Assembly: GCA_038087875.1 (NCBI GenBank)
Contig: CM075985.1
Span: forward strand, 14,570,001 to 14,634,000
Source: Malacoraja senta
Taxonomy: Eukaryota
Length of the DNA stretch: 64,000 nucleotides
Direction of reading: 5' to 3'
The notes below the pieces were generated by a model. The model saw nothing but the letters and a program-made list of their open reading frames with translations. It did no database searches and had not been told where the DNA came from. Position numbers and translations under genes: made by a program. Positions within the stretch are counted from its first letter, which is position 1. Each line of letters begins with the position of its first letter. This document shows positions 14,301-26,300 of this stretch, one piece after another.

Positions 14301-17300
14301 AATGAATCAAATACTTTTTACACTATTTCCTCATTCTAGCTTCCAGCTCTAAAATAGAAATCAGCTTCTGTGCTAATATACTTGACTGTGACATAAGTGA
14401 ATCATAACTGAAATTTTATAATTAAATGAGTTCACTCTCCACAAAAGCTACCTGATCTGCTGAGTACCTCTAACATTTTGATTATGTTCCTCCCAGATTT
14501 CCAGCATCTAGTTATTTTTGCTTTTATATCACTGTCTTACTAAAATTAAACTAAAGTTAAAAGAAACCATCACAAACCAAATTTGCAACATAGTTGTTAA
14601 CAATCACATCAATCTTCTTCTTTCCGAGAGAATGAGCATGTTTCAGTGCATGTTCTTTCAGCTTTTCACCCATCTATAGGAATAAAGATATTTATCATTA
14701 TTATTTAGCATTATCTTTTCAACATTCACCCAACACAAGTAGAGTGCAATTAAATATTTAGTATTTTACAACCAACACAATGAACAGTTCAATGCCAGGC
14801 TTCAATTGTACGGTTCATATAATTAATACCAGGCACATTCATACCAACTTAATTTGCCAATTTGTGATGGCTAGAACCATATGGTATTCATCTAACATAT
14901 TTTGAGAAAAATACTTACCAACGCAAGATAACAATGGAAGTCAAGTATTGTGACACATTATCAAAAAATTTTTTACTTTTAAATAATCAAGAGCTCAGAT
15001 TCACGTCTATTTGTCTTTTTGTTGTTGATCTCAGATGGTCAGTCCTCACGTTTTCTATGGAGTGCATATCTCTCTCTCCTTTTGAAATATAAATTAATAA
15101 CCAAGACCTGAATGGAAGATGCATAATCTGTAGATATAATAAAATTAGCTGTATGGTTGGCAATGAGAGAAGATATGGGTGGCCTGGTAAATTGGGCTGA
15201 AAAATGCACAGAGAAACCAGAAATGTGCAAAGTAATGCATTTGAAGAGATGCAACAAGGAAATGACTAAGACAACTTGGGGCAATAATAGTGTGGATATC
15301 AAGAGGTATGATGGAGTGAAGGAATGTTGGAGTTAAGAATGTTGGATAAAAGTAGCAGATAGATCTGTTATGTAATGAACAAGGCATACGAGTTAGCATG
15401 TTATACTAGAATTTTGTTCAATACTAAATGAATTGTATTTGAGTACAGCAAGCACAATTGGGCACCACATTAAAGGAACAATGCATTGCCACCAATTGGG
15501 GACAGTTGTTTACAAAGATGCCACGTAGACTGGGAAATTCTATGTGAGAAAATAATTGAAAAGCTAGGGTTGGTTTCATTAGAAAATAAGAGGTCACGTG
15601 AGGCTTTGTTCAGGCGTATGCAATTATGAGGAGAGCAAAAATGGTCAGAAACCAGAGGCTTGCATTTTAGTTAATTGTTAAAAGAGGTGATGAAGACAGA
15701 TACAGAAAGCCTCAGAACATTTCAAAAGTAATCGGATACATACTTGTGGATTTATGATCTACTTGGCCCCGGATTGATGTGTTGGAAGATAAAAACATGA
15801 CAAGCCAAACGGCCTCCTCCCATGACATAAATTTTCTGATTCCAAAAGTCAAGCCAAACTAACAAGCATATTTGATAGGGGCCAAAGCTTCTTGGCACCA
15901 ACTTACCCTGGATGTGATAATTGGAAGCTGAAATTATAGTATTCTTAATTCAGAAGTAAATCTTTATCAGTTGAATTCACTATTACCGAGCAACAGTTTA
16001 AACCCAACAGTCCAATATAAATTAGCAGATCAGACAGCATCTCTGGAGAAAAGGAATCGGTGACGTTTCTGGTCGACACCCTTCCTCAGACTGAGACAAG
16101 GGGAAAGGGAAACAAGAGATATAGACAGTGGTATAGGGCGATAGAGAACAAATGAATGAAAGTATTGATGATAAATGAAAAAGGCCATTGCAGCTGTGTT
16201 TAGTTTAGAGGTAGTGTGGAAACCGGCCCTTCGGGTCCGTGCCGACCAGCGATCCCCACACATCAACACTATCCTACACCCACTAGGGACAATTGTTACA
16301 TTTACCAAGCCATTTAACCTACAAACCTGTACGTCTTTGGAGTGTGGGAAGAAACCGAAGATCTCGGAGAAACCCACACAGGCATGGGGAGAATGTACAA
16401 AGTCTGTACAGACAGCACCCATAGTCAGGATCGAATCCGGGTCTCCGGCGCAGGATTCGCTGTAAGGCAGCAACTCCACCACTGTGCCACCGTGACCATG
16501 GCTAGGTGTTAATGAGTTACAGACAATGAAACTCACCATTGTCTGAAGTCCCACACCACAAAGTTCAGGAACAGCAATTTTCTACAGCTATCAGGTTCTT
16601 TAACCGACCTACACAATCCTAATCCCATCTCAGCAACGGAAGACTACGGACCACTTCCTGCAAATATTCATTGTACCTGTAGCTCACTGTACCTGTGCAT
16701 GTTGCAATAAACTGAACTAGGCTTGACTTAGAAAGTACTGTCTTGTTAATGCTGGGTTGAAGGTAGCACTCTGTGAAATACTCATCAATCAGGAGCTTTC
16801 TAGTTTGGAGGAAGTAGTAGCAGTTACACCTTTGTGACCGAGTTAGTGGTCGATTATTAGAACATAGGTTGAACAACTTAATAGTTGGCACAGATGCTCA
16901 GAATAATTCTTTGAATGTCTCTAAGGTCTGGCTTTCATGTACTCCGAAATATCTGTCATGGGAAAACAAACAGTTCATGGGGAGAGGACCCTTGTTAAAA
17001 GCCCAAATGTCACACCGTGTCACATGATGTATCAAGGAAATGAGAAATAGAAAATGTTTTCATATTTCATAAACCATTTTCAACTACCTTAATTAGAGCA
17101 AGTTCTTGATCACATGTACTAACTTTTTCAGAGATCTGTTTGATGGACCTTCACAATAGTTTCTACTGCTTAAGCTATTGATGTTGAACTAGATGCTGTG
17201 GGGCATAATACCTGGAAAGCATTGATATAGGTTCATGTCTGGTGTGGGTCTCTTCACAAAATGAACAAACTAAGCAGCTTGATTTATTTTTACCGCTTTC

Positions 17301-20300
17301 TTATTCAGTATTCCACTGTACAATTCAGAATGTGTCTCGTGGATTCCTTACCAAGCCTATTAGCACCATCTGCTGGCAGTCTTCTTCCTGACAGAAAGGA
17401 ACCACTCGCTCTTCTGCTATCAAAATAAAACATTGAAAAAGGTGTTTAATCGGTATTATCCTGTTACATGCACATCTGGGAAAAACATATTTTTTGCCCC
17501 TAAATTAATTTATCTCGTGGCAAAGCACCTGCCCCTCTTTTAATAGGCTTGTTATGTTCCCAAGAACAAATACTTCACATGGGAAAATTCAAAAGAGAAA
17601 TTCCCCTTGAAACATCACTATGAGCAAGATTTTTAAATCTTTGAAAACCTGATCAAGGAATACCACGATTTTATATCCACTGTACAAGCTCAACATCTCA
17701 CATGATTGAAAGTTTCACATTTTCCTGTTCTAAGAAGAGAGTTGCTGTTTACTTATGTTATGCTAGAAATATGACTACAAATCCATAAGTACATCATCTC
17801 TATACAAGTTAAATCCAACCATCTTTTCTTACCTGGAGACGACAAATCCACTTTTGAAAGAATCCTGCACAAAATAAAAGCAGAACTTATGCATGCCTGA
17901 ATAAATAATAGCCTGATCAGCAACATTACATTAAAACAATTTAAGAAATGAACTACCAAGGAGGTTCTCTCATTCATTTGTTGTTTTGTGAATAGAAAGG
18001 CAAAAATCTTCAGAAAACTGGAACTGATCCAATGTTTCTGCACTCCTATCAAATTAACAAATGATCATGAGAACACCATGGAAATCAATTTCCCGAACAA
18101 TATTGTTATAAAGTTCAAACTTCACTTACATTTTAGCAGTTTCCAGTACATTTGTGAAGTGTCTGATGGATCTTGCATCTACTTTCTAAAATAATTTAAA
18201 AAAACGTTCAAAAGGCAAATTTAAACCACATCTTGTACCATAAATTAGGAGCACAATAAGGATGACAAAGGACAACTTGCTCATGAGAAGACCCATAAAT
18301 AAATTGCTGGAGATTAACATTGTTTTTAAATCATGCAGTAGATACCAGCAAAATTATATCTAAATTTAGTTATTTTATATACTAGGATAAACTTAAATAA
18401 ATGGACCTATATTTCCCAAAAAATATCAACCAGTTTAAGATATTAATCCTTCTGTAAGAATCAAGGGATGCCATATATCAAACCAGCTGGAATATGCACA
18501 AAACCTAATGTTTCATTATTAAAATATTCCCAATAAAAACTCCAACTTTACAGTTTAACCCTTGTCTCTCCCTCCCTCTTGCCCAAACAAACAACAAAAT
18601 ACCCATTTAAAATCTGGGTGATTTAATTAATTCCCTTAAGTTCATCTCACTACTACCATTGGGAAGGCTTCAAAACTGTGACCTCCAGGTTCAAGTACAG
18701 TTTCTTCCCAGCAACCATAATGTCTGGTAGAAAATGGAGCAGGAGAAACAGTGAAGGTGAGCTGCTCTTTGGGTTATCCAATATATGGTATGTTCCAAAA
18801 TAATCTTGAAGCGGTGGTTTGACCCATTCTTCCAATTCCATGGATAGAGCCATACAGCATGGAAACAGGCCCATCGGCCCACCTTGTCCATACCTTCTCA
18901 TAACCAATACAATGTCTTTCCAGGAAAATTAAACATTTTGCTTCATAGATAACATGTCCTTCAAACACATAAATAAACTCTATTTGTGTGACCATTATCT
19001 GAGCGACTAGGATCTACTATAGATTTTGTTTTGGTTGCACAACGTCTATGTACCTCAGTTTTGCACTATTATGGTCTGGTTACCTAGTATTACTGATTAT
19101 GAATTTATTGTATCGTTGATTATTGTATATTTGTGTGTGCTTGGGAGACAAGTTGCTTACAAATCAAAGTGTGAAAATGTTTACATTTTCCAAGAAAATA
19201 ATTGCATTGGTTATATTTACACAAGAATTAGGTGTCCACAGAATTGGAAAAATGGGTCAAAGCAATGCTTTCTTCTATATTGGATAACAAAAAGAGCAGC
19301 TCATCTTCATTGTTACTGCTTCTCCACTTCCTACCCGAGAACCACACACTTATTGGCGCCAGAGTAACAGGTTAACGTCAATCTTTCTGCTTCACACAAG
19401 ACTCCAACTTTCTTCATCCAATCTCATCCTTGTGCTTGCACTCATGCAGTCAAGTGAAGTGGATGTAGTGTTTTTATGGGCCCAATATTTTCCTTCAAGC
19501 TCCTAACCTCACATGACTAATTTTTAAATAAAATAATTTAAGATTAATACATGTTCCCTATGTAAACATAACACTTCAAGGAAAATTCATTTACACTGAA
19601 AGTCATTAACAAACCACATCCAAATCATCCCAAAATCTTTAATTGATTCCTGGGTACATTAAAAACTATGAATACTCACCAAACTTCTCTTACCATTCCT
19701 GAAAGTAGTCTTGATTTCATTCTTCCTAAAGAATTAGTAGTGTATAGTGAATTATGCAAACTTTCTAAATTCTTCAGAGATTCCACATTCGTATTCATCA
19801 CTTCCCAGAAAACTTTACAATCATGAATCTAGGAAGACGAAATAAACAAGAACAATTAAACTATCAAATATATTATTTAAGTTCACAATAGCAGAACAAG
19901 TTCTTACATTTATATCAGGGCTTCAATACAGAAAAACATCCCAAGAGAATTCACAAAAACAGTATCAGATAAATTAGCTATAAAAGGAGTTATTACAACA
20001 GATGACCAAAAGCTTCAACATGAAGCATCTGATAAAGACTCCTCACACCCTTGCAATAGTCTGTTCGAACTTCTACCATCCGGCAGACGTTACAAGGCCT
20101 TTTACGCCCGTACCTCCAGACTTAGGAACAGCTTCATCCCCAGAGCTATAGCTGCTCTGAACCAGCCCTGCTGAGTGCCCCCCCACCCCCATGAACTGTC
20201 TCCCTTGGATGGTCACGTCGCACATCGACCCGGCACAGACCTATTTGCACTTTATACGGCTTTAACTGTGTTTTTTTTTTATCTTGTTTCTCTGGGTGTC

Positions 20301-23300
20301 TACATTTTTAGCTAATTAAGTTATTACATCGGATGGAAGCTGCATACCAAATCTCGTTGTACCTCTGTGCAATGACAATAAAAGATATTATTATTATTAT
20401 TATTAGAAGATGCATACGACATCGCTTAAATAAAACATTGTAGTCAAACCAACATTTTTCCTGTAATCTGAAGAGCATAATTTTTTTTTCAGTGAAAACA
20501 GGTATTTCTTTAGAAGTGATGAGAGAAAGGAAACAGGAGAGAATAATCAATCCAACAGACAAAACATAAAAATGAACTAGAAATCACAGAAGAGTCTCCA
20601 GTATTAACCTGAACAAAACAAGTTCTGGAGGAACTCAGCAGGTCAGGCAGCAATTGTGGAGGGAAATGGGCAATCAACGTCTCAGGTCGAGACGCTTAAA
20701 AATAGGTTGGTGGGGGGGGAAGAAGAGGTAGGGCAAGAACCAGCGATAGGTGGATACAGGTGAGGAGGGGTTGATTGGCAGATGGCAGTCAAGTGGCTAA
20801 AGAGTGGAGATAGGTACAGAGGTTGGAAGATGACAAGTGGAGAACAAACGTCTTTAATCTGGAATCTGATAGGAATAGAAGTTGAAGGGTGGAACAAAAT
20901 GAGGGGTGATAGCAGATGGGAACAACAGAGTAGCAAACTCAATAACTAGGTTGGAGGTGGTGTAAGTGCTCCATCACCAGTCACATGTTCCCGTCCCCAT
21001 CCCTTTCCACAAACATCACTCCCTAAGCAGGTTTCTGGTTCATTCATCCCACCTCTTGCCCAGGCTCTTTTCTCAGCAACTGTACGTGCAACATATGTTC
21101 CTACACCTTCTCCCTCACCTCCATCCAGAGACCAATACCCACAGATTTAGCTGCACCTCCTCACCTATTGTGTGTTTTTGATGTGGCCTCCTCTACATTC
21201 GACAGATTAAACACGGACTGGGCAACAACTGCCAAGCCAACAGCATGAACATTGAATACTCCAATCTCCAAACCCGCATCCCCTCTGTTCCATTCGGTCT
21301 CCTCCTATCTACCCTGATCCTCTGTCATACCCTTTTTCTTATCTTAACCCACAGCCCCCCGATCATCCTGTTTATTTTTCTCCTTCCCTGTAACCCCTTC
21401 CCGCTGATCCCTTCCCAGCTTCTGTTGCAATCTTTGCTGTTCCCTTCCCCATTTGACCGTTTTCTGCCATTAACCCCTCCTCACCAGTATCCATCTATAT
21501 CTCTCTATAGCGCTTGCCACACTCATCCCGCAGCTCTTTCCACTGGCTACTTCCACTTTGGTCCTTCTGTCCAGATGAAGGGTCTCGACCCAAAATGTCA
21601 ACAGTTCATTTCCCTCCACAGATGCTGCTTGACCCACCATGTTGCTCCAGCTGCTCTCCATTTTGTACAATAATCTCACCCTTTTTCCAGCAGATTGCAA
21701 AATGTTGTCGGTTGTGCACGTTATTCCAGGAATATCCTATTTTGCATTGGAAAGATTGGTTAGTTTCTCATGTTTAAACAAATAAAATGACACATGAAAA
21801 TGTCTAGAAAGCAGTTTTATGCTTTGTATGCAACATTAACCATACCCCTTTCCAGTTTACTAAAGATGAGCATGGCAGCAGTTTTGCAAGGGCATTTGTT
21901 TCAGAGATGGCTTTTCTGTATAAAGTACCTGAAACAAATTTATTGTAAATGTAGGTAAAGGTTTTATCAGATTGCAGAATTTTAGAAACAGAAATGAACA
22001 TGGCAAAATATAGGTAGACAAAAATGCTGGAGAAACTCAGCGGGTGAGGCAGCATTTATGGAGCGAAGGAAATAGGCAAGGTTTCGGGCCGAAACCCTTC
22101 TTCAGAAAGAGCGGTTCACAAAGTCTGAGGAAGGGTTTCGGCTCGAAACGTTGGCTATTTCCTTCGCTCCATAGATGCTGCCTCACCCGCTGAGTTTCTC
22201 CAGCATTTTTGTCTACCTTCGATTTTCCAGCATCTGCAGTTCCTTCTTAAACATGGTAAAATATAGAGCTATGCATATTCAGATGTACATAAATAGTTCC
22301 AGAATGAAAGCATGATGCAAATTTAATTAACATTGAAAAAATCATTCATTGACAATATAGTGGATGGTGGGAAGAAGGGGTCTATTCATGTACAGTGCCC
22401 TTCCATAATGTTTGGGACAAAGACCCATCATTTATTTGTCTCTGTACTACCCAATTTGAGATTTGTAATAGAAAAAAAAATCACATGTGGTTTAAAGTGC
22501 AGTGAGATTTTAATAAAAAGGCCATTTTTATACATTTTGGTTTCACCATGTTGAAATTACAGCAGTGTTTATACATAGTCCCCCCCATTTCAGGGCACCA
22601 TAATGTTTGGGACACAGCAATGTCATGTAAATGAAAGTAGTCATGTTTAGTATTTTGTTGCATATCCTTTGCATGCAATGACTGCTTGAAGTCTGCGATT
22701 CATGGACATCACCAGTTGCTGGGTGTCTTCTCTGGTGATGCTCTGCCAGGCATGTATTGCAGCCATCTTTAGCGCAAGCTTGTTTTGGGGGCTAGTCCCC
22801 TTCAGTTTTCTCTTCAGCATATAAAAGGCATGCTCAATTGGGTTCAGATCGGGCGATTGATTTGGCCACTCAAGAATTAACCATTTTTTGGTTTGAAAAA
22901 CTCTTTTGTTGCTTTAGAAGTATGTTTGGGGTCTTGCTGTAGAATGAACCATCGGCCAATGAGTTTTGAGGCATTTGTTTGAACTTGAGCAGATAGGATG
23001 TGTCTATACACTTCAGAATTCAATATGCTACTACCATCAACAGTTGTATCATCAATGAAGATAAGTGAGCCAGTACCTTCAGCAGCCATACATGCCCAAG
23101 CCATAACACCCCCACCACCATGTTTCACAGATGAGGTGGTATGTTTTGGATCTTGGGCAGTTCCTTCGCTCCTCCATACTTTGCTCTTGCCATTACTCTG
23201 ATATGTTAATCTTCATCTCATCTGTTCACAAGACGTTTTTCCAGAACTGTGGTTGCTCTTTTAAGTACTTCTTGGCAAACTGTAACCTGGCCCTTCTATT

Positions 23301-26300
23301 TTTGCAGCTATCCAGTGGTTTGCATCTTGCAGTGTAGCCTCTGTATTTCTGTTCATGAAGTCTTCTGCGGACAGTGGTCATTGACAAATTGACACCTGAC
23401 TCCTGAAGAGTGTTTCTGATCTGTCGGACAGGTGTTTGGGGATTTTTCTTTATTATAAAGAGAATTCTTCTGTCATCAGCTGTGGGGGTCTCCCTTGGCC
23501 TGCCAGTCCCTTTGCGATTAGTAAGCTCAACAGTGCTCTCTTTCTTCTTAATGATGTTCCAAACTGTTGATTTTGGAACAGTGATGTCTCTAACAGTTTT
23601 ATTCTTGTTTCTCAGTCTCATAATGGCTTCTTTGACTTTCATTGGCACTACTTCGGAAACTTTTATCGCTGTTTATCAACCTGAGGACCAAAGGTGATGG
23701 AAAGACTGGAGGAAAGACTAGATGCTGAGAGCTCTCTTATACTTGCATTGAGGAGGCAATTAAACACAACTGAACAATTACAAACGCCTGTGAAGCCATG
23801 TGTCCCAAACATTATGGTGCCCTGAAATAAGGGGGCTATGTATAAACATAGCTGCAATTTCTACATAGAAACCAAAATGGATAAAAATGGCCTTTGGGAT
23901 AACATCTGATAATGTGCACTTTAACCACATGTGATTTTTCCTATTACAAATCTCATATTGTGGAGTACAGAGGCAAATAAATAAATGATGGGTCTGTCCC
24001 AAACATTATGGATGGCACGGTATATGCCACATGTTGGAGTGCATCCATTGCTCCTGGGTAATGGAAAGTTAATTATTTACTGGTTTTACAATTTTATGGA
24101 AACTGTAAATAACTAACATTTACTGGGTTGTAACGAGTTATAAATCAAATCTAATGACACAATTGTCTTAAAATTGCATGCATAAACTATTGTAAATTAA
24201 GGGCATCAACGGTCTATATCTCAGCAAGGGATTGTTGCGGTCTTTAAATCTTTGATCCACCTTTGGGCAATTATATTCCCAGTGATTGTGGGGAATTAGG
24301 GTTTTCTAAGTAATGAATTATTGTAAAATGCTTTCCTCAGCTGCATACATACATATAATTGTTATATATGCAATATCAGGAGAGCTGACAAATAGTGTCC
24401 CATTTTTAATCATTTACTCTTTGTTTTGCACTCAAGAAAAATGAAATATGCCTTAGTTCTGTGGAGCATACAGGTATCCGTCCTGACACTTAACTAAAAT
24501 GAGAAGAACGGCATTTTGGTAGTCACCCATCATAGAACCGTCAACTTTATTATATTTGTAGTTCATCCAGCATTCATGACATATTCTCTTTAAAGAGCAA
24601 AGACAGATTTCAATCTGGAATCTCAAAAAAGTAATTGGTTGTTTATCAGTGCTAAATCCTCAATAATACAATTATTAGAATATACTGTAGAAACAAGAAA
24701 CCGCAGATGCTGGTTTACAAAAAAAAGGCAGTGCTGGAGTAACTCAGCATGTCAGGCAGCATCTCAGGAGAATGTGTTTGGGAGATGTTTTGGTCAGGAC
24801 CCTTCTTCAGACTCAAGAAGGATCCCTACCCAAAATGTCAACTTTCCACATTCTCCAGAGGTGCTATCTGACGCGCTGAGTTACTCCAGCAGTCTGGGTT
24901 TTTTCCCCTTGGGATATACTGTTTGATGGACTCACCTAGAATGAATTCCTGAATGAGATCTGCACAGGCAGAGGCAGACAAACTACATAACCAGTGAATG
25001 ATCTATTCCACACAAAAAAAAATTCAAAAGTTATAAACAAGCCATATTTCCATAATATTTTCCAAAAGCTAAAATTCATAAATGACTTTAAGGTTAAAAT
25101 AATTGCATAAACCAGCAGATCTTCCTTGCTAAATCCTGCATCTAAAATATTGAATGGAATTGAAACTGACAAACCTTCATCTCTTTGTTCTCTACACAAT
25201 TCATATTTTTTAAAGATCTTTCCAAAAATGTCATCATCTTCAAATTACTATTAATCCTTCTCTGTCATGCTTTGAATGGTTCCCTGCTGCAAATTTCATT
25301 TATCCCGCTGCATCAATGTGGGCTTCTAAATTACGGACATCTGCAATTTAGTTAATGAAATTCCATTTGAAATTATAGCAATTAGATTGTCGAATGCTAA
25401 TCATCTTAAATCTGGTTATTGACCTTTCATCCACCAGAAACAATTTTCCTCCATCGATTCTGATACACACTATTTAAGATTTAATCATCAATCCGGTTCT
25501 CTTCGGCTACCCTACTCTAATCAGGACAACCCAAGCATCTTTCCTAAAGTGAGCCACTCCAAATTTGAAACACTGTACCACTGCAAACACCTGCAGGAAC
25601 AAAATTAGTGTTTAATATAATATTAACATAACTTCCTGGACTTGGTGGTCTATAATTCAGAACTCCTTCCCTATGTTTTAAATAGTTTTTCTTAAAACAA
25701 GCACTGCACGTCATCCTGACACCAGTTTAAAAGTCCCCCCCAAAGATCACAAAGAGGCCCACGACATTTTTAGCATATGTTCTTGCCCTGACCATTTTCT
25801 GAAGAGATTTGCGACTGCTGGCACCAAGCCATGGGGCCAAACCCTAAAGGGACAAGGGCTCAATGTAATTTGCCACTCGAGAATGCAGCAACAATGGTTG
25901 TTAGAAACATCGAAACATAGAAAAACAGGTGCAGGAGTAGGCCATTCGGCCCTTCGAGCCAGCACCACCTTTTAATATGATCAGAGCTGATCATCTAAAA
26001 TCAGTATCCCATTCCTGCCTTTTCTCCATATCCCTTGAATCCTTTAGCCCTAAGAGTTAAATCCAACTCTCTCTTGAAAACATCCAGTGAATTGGCCTCC
26101 ACTGCCTTCTGTGGCAGAGAATTCCACAGATTCACAACTCTCTGGGTGAAGAAGTTTTTCCTCATCTCAGTCCTAAATGGCCTACCCTTTATTCTTAAAC
26201 TGTGACCCCTGGTTCTGGACTCCCCCAACATCGGGAATATTTTTCCTGCATCTAGCCTGTCCAATCCTTTAAGAATTATATATGTTTCTATAAGATTCCC

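Noticed and set aside
16030-16554. 174-aa ORF or a tRNA gene
   Set aside because: Read-through of a V-SINE and a Penelope repeat; the tRNA-like head belongs to the SINE.
20308-20562. ORF containing KEIP as a candidate GSAP exon
   Set aside because: The true DIPGIT exon is at 21680-21736.
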